The notes below the pieces were generated by a model that was not told where the DNA came from, ran no database searches, and saw only the letters and a list, made by a program, of their open reading frames with translations. A stretch of DNA of 64,000 nucleotides from NCBI GenBank assembly GCA_964342695.1, contig CAYFFV010000003.1:53695-117694 (forward strand). The letters run 5' to 3'. Of this stretch, positions 38,532 through 47,944 are shown piece after piece (within the stretch, counting starts at the first letter, position 1; every line of letters starts with the position of its first letter). The stretch is from an uncultured Vicinamibacteraceae bacterium. GTDB taxonomy: Bacteria > Acidobacteriota > Vicinamibacteria > Vicinamibacterales > UBA8438. The position numbers were made by a program, and so were the translations under genes.

Positions 38532-39023
38532 CTAATTTCTAGGCGCTGCTCCTAAACCCATGGCTCGTCGCCAAGCTGCTAATTGTCCGAGATGATCCAT
38601 TTCGTGTGAAGTCATCAAGAAAATTGCCAGAGCACCAATAGTTGGAAAATGTTTTCGTAATTTTTCATTGGGATGCGGCTGGTCAAGAAAAGCGAGATCG
38701 GTAGTTTCCAGAGCTGTAGTGTTACGGTCGTGCGCAGCGCTTAAGTTTGATAGTAGTTCTTCTTTAGTAGGATAGTCAGCCGCACTTCCCGAGGGTATGC
38801 TTCCTGTGACAAAAATTTTATCCCATCCCTCAGGAATATTGGCGTCCAGTCCGATCAGGGTTGTGAGCCCGTTAGCGGTCATTACAAGATGTCCGAGAGT
38901 CCATGCCGGATGATTAACGACGTTGTGAGGTTGTTGCACCATCTGTTCTAGTGAGATGTCTTTAACAAGCGAATGCGCGAAATTAAGATTAAATCGGTAA
39001 AGATCGATAACATGCTTGATCAT
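38532..39023 (-). CDS. DinB-superfamily protein
   Basis: NHPAWTLGHL and HEMDHLGQL (metal-binding His triad); all-helical, 163 aa. Confidence 0.85.
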   Translation of the reverse strand: MIKHVIDLYRFNLNFAHSLVKDISLEQMVQQPHNVVNHPAWTLGHLVMTANGLTTLIGLDANIPEGWDKIFVTGSIPSGSAADYPTKEELLSNLSAAHDRNTTALETTDLAFLDQPHPNEKLRKHFPTIGALAIFLMTSHEMDHLGQLAAWRRAMGLGAAPRN

Positions 39024-39099
39024 TGTTGTCTCCTTTGTATGTGATGTCGCGCAACAGTATTGTTTAAAAAGTATGACTGTATGAAATTATACTGAGACT

Positions 39100-40137
39100 G
39101 TGATGACAGAATGGAACCGTCAGATTACTTTGGTTGCTCGACCAGAAGGATCTCCTAAAAGCACCGATTTTAAACTCGTTGAGACTCCCGTGCCGACCCT
39201 TGGTTCAGGGGAATTGCTTGCCCGCACAATTTATTTGTCTCTCGATCCCTACATGAGAGGGCGCATGAATGAGACACGAGGTTACGCAGATGGAGTGAGA
39301 CTTGGAGATGTCATGGTGGGAGGAACCGTGTCAGAGGTTGTTGAGTCAAACAATACGGAATATCAAAGCGGAGATCTCGTGCTTGGAATGGGGGGATGGC
39401 AAGAATATTCTGTCTCGAATGGGGTCGGTTTAAAAAAACTTAATCCTGATGATGCACCTATTTCAACTGCGCTTGGTGTGCTTGGGATGCCTGGTCTTTC
39501 CGCGTACGTCGGGCTTCTAGATATTGGGAAACCGATGCGAGGTGAAACCGTAGTGGTATCAGCAGCTTCTGGGGCAGTTGGTGCCGTTGTGGGGCAAATA
39601 GCGAAAATCAAAGGATGCCGAGTGATTGGTGTGGCCGGGGCACCCGAGAAATGTGATTACGTCGAGAGACAACTTGGTTTTGACGTTTGTGTTAGTCGTT
39701 TCGATGACGCATTTCCAGTGGCTCTCAAAGAAGCCTGTCCTGACGGTATCGATATTTACTTTGAGAATACTGGCGGAAAGATTTTTGAAGCAGTTCTGCC
39801 TTTGTTAAATACTTACGCTAGGGTTCCTATCTGCGGACGAATTGCAGGTTACTCCGGCCAAAACACAGATAGACCCAACTTGACTTCATATGTCATGTAT
39901 CTGGCAATTGTGAAACGGTTAACATTTCAAGGTTTTCTAGTTTTCGATCATTACGATCGGGAATCTGATTTTTTGCGTGATGTTCAGTTATGGATCCGTA
40001 AAGGTCAGCTTGTTTACCGGGAGGACATTCTTGATGGACTTGAACATGCGGTCAAAGGTTTTCAGGGTTTGCTGCAGGGTAAGAATTTTGGCAAGTTGCT
40101 TGTACGTGTTTCCGAAGACCCAACGTCTAAACAATGA
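39100..40137 (+). CDS. NADP-dependent oxidoreductase (CurA/prostaglandin reductase-like MDR)
   Basis: LSLDPYMRGRM, LGVLGMPG..AY.GL, VVSAASGAVG..VGQIAK..G, GIDIYFEN.GG, GKNFGK. Confidence 0.92.
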   Translation: MMTEWNRQITLVARPEGSPKSTDFKLVETPVPTLGSGELLARTIYLSLDPYMRGRMNETRGYADGVRLGDVMVGGTVSEVVESNNTEYQSGDLVLGMGGWQEYSVSNGVGLKKLNPDDAPISTALGVLGMPGLSAYVGLLDIGKPMRGETVVVSAASGAVGAVVGQIAKIKGCRVIGVAGAPEKCDYVERQLGFDVCVSRFDDAFPVALKEACPDGIDIYFENTGGKIFEAVLPLLNTYARVPICGRIAGYSGQNTDRPNLTSYVMYLAIVKRLTFQGFLVFDHYDRESDFLRDVQLWIRKGQLVYREDILDGLEHAVKGFQGLLQGKNFGKLLVRVSEDPTSKQ

Positions 40138-41507
40138 CTAAGGTGCGTCCCGTTGATGCCGGGCGTTTTCCCGACTCTCTTGTCCTCTTATTTGTGCTGA
40201 TACTTCTTGCACAGGTGGCAACCTATTTTCTTCCGGCGGGTGAGTTTGAACGCGATGGTTTGCGAGTTGTTAGTGGAAGTTTTCATCCGGTTAATGCGGA
40301 TCCTCTTCCATGGTTCAGCTTTTTGACCTTGATTCCTGTTGGCTTATCTGCAGCACAAGAAATCATTTTTTTTGTTTTTATTGTCGGCGGTGTGATTGCG
40401 GTTGTCCGTGCCACGGGTGCCATTGATGCTTTGATTGGAGCTTGTATCAGAAACTTGGGATCGCGGCCACATTTTCTGGTTGGTGGAATGGTGGCTGTAT
40501 TTGCACTTGGTTCCTCAACAATTGGTATGGCCGAGGAGTATGTAGCGTTCGTGCCAATATTGGTTGCGATGTGTTTGTCCATGAAGATGGATGCGATGGT
40601 GGCCGTTGCCATTATCTATGTAGGTGCCGGCATTGGTTATGCATGTGCAGCGCTTAATCCGTTTACGGTGTTAATCGCCCAGGAGATAGCCGGAGTACAG
40701 CCCACGTCAGGACAAACGGTAAGGTGGATCTTACTCCTACTCTGCGCCGGAATTGGTGTACACCATATTGTGAGTTATGTCCGTAAATTAGAGCGGACCC
40801 CAGAGCCGGATCTAGTTAATGAAACAGTTGCAGCTGGTGATACTAAGGCCTTAGAGCTTCGGTTTTTAGAATTTAAACATATTTTCGTGCTTCTCATCTT
40901 TGTTGCCGGTGTAGGCCTATTTCTTTTTGGAGCGATGTTTTGGGCGTGGTACTTGGCAGAACTAACAGCGATGTTACTTGGGTTAGCATTGGTTATCGCA
41001 GTTGTTAGCAAACTAAATTACAACCTCGTAGCAACAGCTTTTTGTCGAGGTGCGGCAGGATTAACAACGACAGCATTACTTATAGGCTTTGCGCGCACGA
41101 TTCAGGTGATATTGTCTGAAGCTCAAGTTATCGACACCATCATTTATAGTGTTGCGCAGTCTATAAATGGTTTGCCTTCTGGAGTAGCGGTGTTAGGGAT
41201 GTTACTAGTGCAGACAGTGTGCAATTTTTTTGTTCCCTCTGGATCCGGTCAAGCTTTTATCACAATGCCGATCATGGCACCTCTTGCGGACCTCACAGGA
41301 ATTAGTCGACAGACGGCGGTTTTGGCCTATCAGTTTGGCGACGGTTTTACGAACATGGTTGTGCCCACGAATGCTGTGTTAATGGGCATACTTGGATTGG
41401 CGCAAGTTCCCTATCATGCTTGGTTACGATTTATTGTTCCCTTACTCGGTAAACTGTATGTTGTGGCTATTATTGTCTTGCTAATGGCGGTAGAGTTTGG
41501 ATACTAG
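40134..41507 (+). CDS. YfcC-family (DcuC-like) membrane transporter
   Basis: LPAGEFER, G.AEE, NPFTV.IAQ.IA, VPSGSGQA..TMPIMAPLADL.G..RQ.AVLAYQFGDG.TN. Confidence 0.88.
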   Translation: MTKVRPVDAGRFPDSLVLLFVLILLAQVATYFLPAGEFERDGLRVVSGSFHPVNADPLPWFSFLTLIPVGLSAAQEIIFFVFIVGGVIAVVRATGAIDALIGACIRNLGSRPHFLVGGMVAVFALGSSTIGMAEEYVAFVPILVAMCLSMKMDAMVAVAIIYVGAGIGYACAALNPFTVLIAQEIAGVQPTSGQTVRWILLLLCAGIGVHHIVSYVRKLERTPEPDLVNETVAAGDTKALELRFLEFKHIFVLLIFVAGVGLFLFGAMFWAWYLAELTAMLLGLALVIAVVSKLNYNLVATAFCRGAAGLTTTALLIGFARTIQVILSEAQVIDTIIYSVAQSINGLPSGVAVLGMLLVQTVCNFFVPSGSGQAFITMPIMAPLADLTGISRQTAVLAYQFGDGFTNMVVPTNAVLMGILGLAQVPYHAWLRFIVPLLGKLYVVAIIVLLMAVEFGY

Positions 41508-41606
41508 TGATGTTGGAAGTCATTCTATGTATAGTAAATCTCATGGAACCATAGCCTCAATTGGAAAATTATGGGGTGTCCTTAAGGGAAGGCTAATTGC
41601 GAGAAA

Positions 41607-42449
41607 TTGATGCACTTTAATGTTTTTCGGTACCGACTACCTGTTTTTTTTCTGATGGGGCTTCTCTTGGTTGGCTGTGATCAATCGAGCACCTTAGTTG
41701 ATCTTGGTGGAAATGTACCCGATCCTATTTATGAAGTGGAGCCGGGTTCTATGACCATCCAATTGCTCCGTGAACCTGTTGCCATTTCTCCGGTGAGAAT
41801 GACGAGTCTCAATGGGAACACCTTTTCCACAACTGACTGGCTTGGCAAGGTGACCTTGGTGAATTTTTGGGCTACTTGGTGTGGACCATGCAGAGAGGAA
41901 ATCCCTGATCTCATTCAACTACAAGAACGCTATCCAGATCACCTCCGCATCATTGGCATTTCGACTGATGAAGGCACTCCGGAGATGGTTAAGGCGTTTT
42001 CAGAACAGATGGGCATTAATTATCCCGTTGTTATGGCAACTCCAGAATTAAACAGACAGTTTCCTGGTGTATTTGCCTTGCCGACATCATTTATTGTCGA
42101 TCCGAGAGGGCACATTGTGCAGACGCACGTCGGCTTGATCAACCCGGCTGTTTTTGAACAAGAAGCGCGGCACTTAATGTTGTTGCCGACCATGGTAGAT
42201 GTCGAATTAGTGGATAGCAATGATACGACGCGCTTAGTAAATGCGGCGCACGCTACGGAGATTCCTGGGTTGGATCTTTCAGAACTAACTCCGACTCAGA
42301 AAGAACAAGTTCTCCAGCGACTTAACGAAGATGGTTGTCCTTGTGGGTGTTCTTTAACCCTTGCTCAGTGCCGGATCAATGATTCTTCTTGTGGTATTAG
42401 CCCGCCATTGGCACAAAAAGTAGTCGACGAAGTGATTAGCTCGAATTAG
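41607..42449 (+). CDS. TlpA/ResA-family thiol-disulfide oxidoreductase lipoprotein with C-terminal Cys-rich domain
   Basis: Lipobox LLVGC; LVNFWATWCGPCREEIP; ALPTSFIVD..G; C-terminal CPCGCSLTLAQCRINDSSC. Confidence 0.85.
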   Translation: MMHFNVFRYRLPVFFLMGLLLVGCDQSSTLVDLGGNVPDPIYEVEPGSMTIQLLREPVAISPVRMTSLNGNTFSTTDWLGKVTLVNFWATWCGPCREEIPDLIQLQERYPDHLRIIGISTDEGTPEMVKAFSEQMGINYPVVMATPELNRQFPGVFALPTSFIVDPRGHIVQTHVGLINPAVFEQEARHLMLLPTMVDVELVDSNDTTRLVNAAHATEIPGLDLSELTPTQKEQVLQRLNEDGCPCGCSLTLAQCRINDSSCGISPPLAQKVVDEVISSN

Positions 42450-42511
42450 TGCCACGTATTGCTACGGCTGACTTCTAGTTTTTCCTCATAGACCATACCA
42501 AAAAGTAATCG

Positions 42512-45500
42512 CTATGTTGCTGAAGGAGCAGGATCGTTGGTAATAGGTGTGGAGTTTCTGTCGTTGGTGTTATTACTTCGAAAAATTAAATTGAACACTA
42601 AACGAATATCTTCAAGTACAAAGTAAGAGGTTGGTACCAAAATTAATGTAATAAAGGTGGCAAATATTACCCCGAATGCTAGAGAAACTGCCATCGGCAC
42701 AAGGAAAGCGGCATCAAAGCTTTTTTCAAGCATTAAAGGCGCTAGTCCTAAGAATGTAGTTAGGGAGGTTAAGAGGATTGGCCGAAAACGCGAAACCCCC
42801 GCTTCGCGAACAGCGGAAGCGATGTCTTCATGTAAGAGCCGTTTTCGGTTAATAAATGTGACCATCACTAAGCTGTCATTGACAACTACACCAGTTAGAG
42901 CGACTAGCCCGAACATCGACATCATTGTTACATTTAATCCCATAATAATGTGTCCCCAGATCGCGCCAACAAGACCGAATGGAATTGCACTCATGATGAT
43001 AAGAGGTTGGACATACGACTTCAATGGAATGGCAAGCAATGCAAAGATCATAAACAAGGCGATTACGTATCCTGTTTGTAATCCCCCGATTGCATCATCT
43101 TGTTCGGCTTGTACCCCTTCCATCTCGTAGGAAATACCAGAATAACGAGCGAGAATATTTGGAAGAACGTTTTGTCTAAGATCGGCGATCACTTCACCAC
43201 TTGTTGTGAAGTTTTCATCTACGCCGGCAGTAACATTAATTGCTCTCCTCCGGTCCACACGTTTGATTGATGAGAATCCTCGGCCAGGGTCGACAACGGC
43301 AACTTGCCCAAACGGGACTTCACCGCCACTTGGAGTTCGAATGCGCATCTTCTCTAGGTTGCCGAGCGATTTACGTTCATCAGCGGGATACCTCACCATA
43401 ACTCGTATATCATCTCGGCCACGCTGAATCCGCTGTGCTTCTTCTCCATAGAACGCCTGTCGAACTTGTCGGCCAAGATCCTGAAGTGTCACGCCTAATG
43501 TTTCAGCAGTTTGTTTAATGCCGAGTTTCATTTCTCGTTTTCCCGGCAGAAAAGAATCACTTATGCCGAAAACACCAGTATAGTTTTCAAGGTGAAGCTT
43601 GATTTCATCGGCGGCCAGTTGCAGTTGATCTATATCTCGGCCAACAAGCATCACATCAACATCTTCTCCTGGTGACATCACAGAAGAGTTAAATTTCAGA
43701 CCTGTGGCTTCCGGAATGTCTCCAGTGATGGCTCTCCATCGGTTTCCCAAGGCTTCGCTGTTGTAGATTCGATTTTGAGAAGGCGCCAGTTCTAACATGA
43801 CTTCGCCAAGATGAGCCGCTGATCGGTTGCTAACTGGTCCGATTGGCCCTCCGTCCCGAGAAGCGATCGGTTGATCTCCAACGGCGGCAAAGATATGCGG
43901 GATGTAATCCTCACCCGTTTCATCAATCAGATCCTGTCTTAATTGTGCGGCCGCGGTTTCGAGTTTTCGGACGGCTTTAGCTGTTTCAGAGACCGGTGTA
44001 CCTTGAGGCATAGTGATTGACGCCGCCATAAAATCAGCTTCAATGCTGGGGAAGAAATGAAAATTTGTCCATCCACCCAGCACCATGCCGACTGTTAGAA
44101 TAAGCGTTGCTAAGCCTGTAGACAGCGTGAGATATCGCCATTTCAAACAAACTTCTAATGTTGGTTTGTAGACACTGTGAATAAACCGTTGCAGTCCGTT
44201 TGTAATTAGCTTCCGGAAAGATCGTAAGGGCCCTTTTCTAGGTTTCTTTTGAGGAATATAAGAAAGATGGGCCGGTAGGATCTTGAGAGATTCAACTAAT
44301 GAGAAGACAAGACAGGGAATTACAATTAACGGGATAATCCGAAACATTTTGCCCATCATGCCAGGCACAAACATTAAGGGCAGAAAAGCCGCAACAGTAG
44401 TTAAAACTGCAAAAATGACGGGTGTTGCTATTTCCTGTGCACCTTCGATGGAACCTTTAAGTCCTTGGCCGTGACGTTCTTGGTGTGCATAAATGTTTTC
44501 TCCGACGATGATAGCGTCGTCAACAACAATCCCGAGTACAAGAATAAAAGCGAACAAGGATAGAACGTTTATCGTAGCATCGAGTCCAGGCATCAACATG
44601 ATGGCACCAAGAAACGAGATCGGGATACCAAGGCTCACCCAAAACGCGAGTCTAATTTCAAGAAAGATAGCGAGTACTAGAAAAACCAATACGAAACCAG
44701 ATAGGCCAGTGCGCAACATGGTGGCAAGTCTAGTGGTCAGCATTTCGGCTTGATCCATAAGAATGGTAAGTGACACCCCGGCTGGAAGACCTGGCTGGGT
44801 GTCGCCAACATAGTCATAGATTCGATTCGCAATACTCAGTGCACTTTGATCGCCAGTCCGAAACACCGAAACCAAGACGGTGGGTTCGAGATCGAAGCGG
44901 GCGGATTGATCCGTTTCTGCAAAGCCATCTACTACATTCGCGACTTCGCCCAACAGAAGACGAGTACCGTCCGTGCGGGTTAACAACACGATATTTTCGT
45001 ACTCTGAACCACGATAAGCTTGTCCAATAGTCCGAAGGAGAATTTCCCCGCTGTCACTTCTTACTGATCCGCCCGGAAGATCTAGAGATGAACGACGAAC
45101 AGCATTTGCCACCTCGTCAAATGTTAAACCGTGCCGACGAAGTGCTGTTTCTGAAATTTCGATTGAAATTTCGTATGGGCGTGCACTACTAATCTCTACA
45201 AGAGAAATTTCTGGAAATGAAGACAGTTCAAGACGAATGTTATCTGCGATTGTCTTCAGTGTCTCTTCGTCAGTTTGTCCAGAAATTGCAAGATCGATCA
45301 CTGACTCACGACCAACCAATTCACGGATAATTGGTTTTTCAGTTTCCTCTGGAAATGTGTCGATAGTATCGACACGACTTTTTATGTCATCGAGAACGCG
45401 TCGGGCGTCTGCACCGAGCTCAAGTTCTACCATAACAGTTCCAAAACCTTCACCAGCGTTAGACGTTACGTGTTTCATTCCATCGACGCCTTGGATTGCT

Positions 45501-45709
45501 TCTTCAATGCGCACACAGATAGCTTCTTCGACTTCTTCAGGGGCAGCTCCGAGATAGGGCACCTCGATCATGATTCGATCGAGCGTGATCTCTGGAAACA
45601 CTTCTGATCTGACGTTAAATGCCGCGATGAGGCCACTTGCGACAATGAACACCATAAGTAAATTGGCTGCGACGGTGTTTTTTGCGAACCAGGAAATAAT
45701 GCCGTTCAT
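42512..45709 (-). CDS. RND efflux permease (AcrB/HAE-type)
   Basis: 1065 aa; ANLLM, GIVVDDAIIVGENI, GVVVNDSLV, RFRPILLTS, A.SLAFG..FAT..TL.LVP. Confidence 0.95.
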   Translation of the reverse strand: MNGIISWFAKNTVAANLLMVFIVASGLIAAFNVRSEVFPEITLDRIMIEVPYLGAAPEEVEEAICVRIEEAIQGVDGMKHVTSNAGEGFGTVMVELELGADARRVLDDIKSRVDTIDTFPEETEKPIIRELVGRESVIDLAISGQTDEETLKTIADNIRLELSSFPEISLVEISSARPYEISIEISETALRRHGLTFDEVANAVRRSSLDLPGGSVRSDSGEILLRTIGQAYRGSEYENIVLLTRTDGTRLLLGEVANVVDGFAETDQSARFDLEPTVLVSVFRTGDQSALSIANRIYDYVGDTQPGLPAGVSLTILMDQAEMLTTRLATMLRTGLSGFVLVFLVLAIFLEIRLAFWVSLGIPISFLGAIMLMPGLDATINVLSLFAFILVLGIVVDDAIIVGENIYAHQERHGQGLKGSIEGAQEIATPVIFAVLTTVAAFLPLMFVPGMMGKMFRIIPLIVIPCLVFSLVESLKILPAHLSYIPQKKPRKGPLRSFRKLITNGLQRFIHSVYKPTLEVCLKWRYLTLSTGLATLILTVGMVLGGWTNFHFFPSIEADFMAASITMPQGTPVSETAKAVRKLETAAAQLRQDLIDETGEDYIPHIFAAVGDQPIASRDGGPIGPVSNRSAAHLGEVMLELAPSQNRIYNSEALGNRWRAITGDIPEATGLKFNSSVMSPGEDVDVMLVGRDIDQLQLAADEIKLHLENYTGVFGISDSFLPGKREMKLGIKQTAETLGVTLQDLGRQVRQAFYGEEAQRIQRGRDDIRVMVRYPADERKSLGNLEKMRIRTPSGGEVPFGQVAVVDPGRGFSSIKRVDRRRAINVTAGVDENFTTSGEVIADLRQNVLPNILARYSGISYEMEGVQAEQDDAIGGLQTGYVIALFMIFALLAIPLKSYVQPLIIMSAIPFGLVGAIWGHIIMGLNVTMMSMFGLVALTGVVVNDSLVMVTFINRKRLLHEDIASAVREAGVSRFRPILLTSLTTFLGLAPLMLEKSFDAAFLVPMAVSLAFGVIFATFITLILVPTSYFVLEDIRLVFNLIFRSNNTNDRNSTPITNDPAPSAT

Positions 45710-45716
45710 GTTCGAA

Positions 45717-47930
45717 TTACTCTGAGGTGACTTCTGCGATTGCGGCTTCTAGATCACTGTAAATGGTCGACACCATTTGTTCGCGTAGTTGTTTGACATT
45801 ATTTGTCGAACCGTCAATTTTCGCAGAAGAGACAACGACGCCATCTTTTTGTCTGACCACTCTCGCGGTCACACGAACGGTGTCCCCCACGCGTTGGATA
45901 CCACCAGTGACCACGAAAGTCGCACCTGTTGGTTCGTCGACAAAAGTCGATGTTTCGTTAAGAGTAATTTGCGTGAACAGTGCCTCGTTAATGCCTTCAA
46001 CCAGTAATGTATCTTCCGGGTTCTGGGTGAGATTAATGAATGGTTTCATCGAGATGGTAATGCCAGTTGATGTGGGGATACTAGGCGTTTCAACTGGTGA
46101 GAAGGCCGGCGGTCTCATTGCCGGTTCTGCTTTTGGTAATTCATTAACAGTGCGGACTTTAAGAACAGCTTGAAGGCTTTTTCGAACAGTCTCTGCAACT
46201 TCTTCTTGAACATTTGATAAGCGGTCAAGGTGTCCGTCTACCTTAATAACGTCGATCGTTCTACTGTCTTCTGACTGTACGATCCGGGACGTTATTTTTA
46301 GTCTTTCACCTTCTTGCTGAACAGCGCCTCCAACGACCCACTGAGCTGTGGTTGTGTCTGGTACGATTGTTACCGTTTCAAGATTCTCGAACTGCTCCGA
46401 TACAAGTTGAGCAAGCGTTTCACCGAGACGGATCGTTTCAGTTTGCTGACTCAGGTTCGTAAACGGTAAGACCGCGACGGTGGGTTCCCCTTTTGGTTTG
46501 GCTACTGTTTCAAGGTTTTCAGGTGCCGTGTTAGCGTCTTCCTCAGGTAAATTTGAAGTTAAAACGACCGGAGGCACATTTAGATCTTGGGTTGCTTGTT
46601 GTTTGTCTATTGATTTAATTTTTGTTTCAGAAGTTCTCGCCACAACTGCTTGTAGCCAAGCAGGAGATTCTTGTGCAACTCTCTGGTTGGAAAGCGGATC
46701 CAGAATTTCTGTTTCAATTGGTTGTGGTTGCACAGCGTCCTGCAAGTCAATCTGTAAGTCAATAATTTCACTGACCTGCACCTGCATTCCATCAGTCGGG
46801 CTATCAAGTGTTGATATCGTAACTTGGTCGCCGGTTTCGAGCCCTGCTTCGATAAAGAGTGACTCTGTTGTCATTCGAAGAATATCTACGTCACGGAAGC
46901 GGAGTCTGCTTTCCTCATCAACTACCATCACTTGATTGCGGCCACGAAGAGCCGAACGGGGGATCGAAGCAATTTGACTGAAGCGACGTCCTGCGATCTG
47001 TGCGTCAACATACATCCCCACCGCGAGAGGAGGTCTGGTTGGATCCGAGCCTACCCCATAGGGATCTCTGATTTCAGCAATTACATTCACCATTCTGCTA
47101 ACAGGGTCGATCTCGCTTTCTGTTCGTACAATGCTTCCCGCCCATGCGTAAGTTTCACCAGCAAAAGTAGTGCTGACTGTTACTTGAGGTCCTTGAGAAT
47201 TAGTTTGGCCTCGATAAGACAAAGGTAAGTCCAGATAGGCCAAGTCCTCGTCGGGTAGCGGTAATCTTATTTCTGCGACGTCGACGGCGTAGATGGTTGC
47301 TATAGGGTTTCCTACGGTGACAAATTGACCAACATCAACACTCTTACGGCGCACCCGCCCCGCATATGGTGCACGAATTTCTGCGCGCTCAAGATCGCGT
47401 TCTGTTCGAACAAGGTTAGCTTCGGCAGCCGCGACTGCTGCGCGTGCATCTTCAAGTTGTGGTTTTCGAAGTGTTAGTTCACGTGGGTCACCTTGGCCAA
47501 GTTCGTCCCATTCACGTTGCGCAACTTCTGCTTCGGCCTCTTCTTGCGCTAAACGTAATCTTGTTTGTGCCAGTTGTGCCCGCGCACTTATAACGGCCTG
47601 ACGATAATCAAATGGATCAATAGTGACCAGAACGTCGTTAGCTTCAAAAAAACCACCTTCTGCAAAAGAAGGTGCAATGGATGTAATACGACCAGAAATT
47701 TCTGGAACAAGTTGACTTTCTGTGCGAGGCTGGACGGTCCCTTCACTTAAAACAGAAAGCTCAGTATCTTCGAGGCGAACGACATGCACACGCACGCCAG
47801 GTGGAGCAATTCGAGGCGCCTGTGTTTCCACCGGAGGCCGACTATTTATCATGGTCATCGTGGCAAAACCTGCCAGCCCCAAAATACCTAGTGGAAGAAT
47901 CACTTGTAATAAACGGATAGCTATACGCAT
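45717..47930 (-). CDS. RND membrane-fusion (periplasmic adaptor) protein with about 350 aa C-terminal extension bearing two TolB-N/CsgG-like domains
   Basis: MFP motifs LVPEISGRI, F..G.FF, IRAPYAGRV, V.VGQFV, IPRSAL. Then PTVAVLPFTNLS...GAVQQEGERLKIT and MKPFINLT...GGIQRVGDTVRVTARV. Confidence 0.88.
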   Translation of the reverse strand: MRIAIRLLQVILPLGILGLAGFATMTMINSRPPVETQAPRIAPPGVRVHVVRLEDTELSVLSEGTVQPRTESQLVPEISGRITSIAPSFAEGGFFEANDVLVTIDPFDYRQAVISARAQLAQTRLRLAQEEAEAEVAQREWDELGQGDPRELTLRKPQLEDARAAVAAAEANLVRTERDLERAEIRAPYAGRVRRKSVDVGQFVTVGNPIATIYAVDVAEIRLPLPDEDLAYLDLPLSYRGQTNSQGPQVTVSTTFAGETYAWAGSIVRTESEIDPVSRMVNVIAEIRDPYGVGSDPTRPPLAVGMYVDAQIAGRRFSQIASIPRSALRGRNQVMVVDEESRLRFRDVDILRMTTESLFIEAGLETGDQVTISTLDSPTDGMQVQVSEIIDLQIDLQDAVQPQPIETEILDPLSNQRVAQESPAWLQAVVARTSETKIKSIDKQQATQDLNVPPVVLTSNLPEEDANTAPENLETVAKPKGEPTVAVLPFTNLSQQTETIRLGETLAQLVSEQFENLETVTIVPDTTTAQWVVGGAVQQEGERLKITSRIVQSEDSRTIDVIKVDGHLDRLSNVQEEVAETVRKSLQAVLKVRTVNELPKAEPAMRPPAFSPVETPSIPTSTGITISMKPFINLTQNPEDTLLVEGINEALFTQITLNETSTFVDEPTGATFVVTGGIQRVGDTVRVTARVVRQKDGVVVSSAKIDGSTNNVKQLREQMVSTIYSDLEAAIAEVTSE

Positions 47931-47944
47931 TTTAAAAGAAATAA

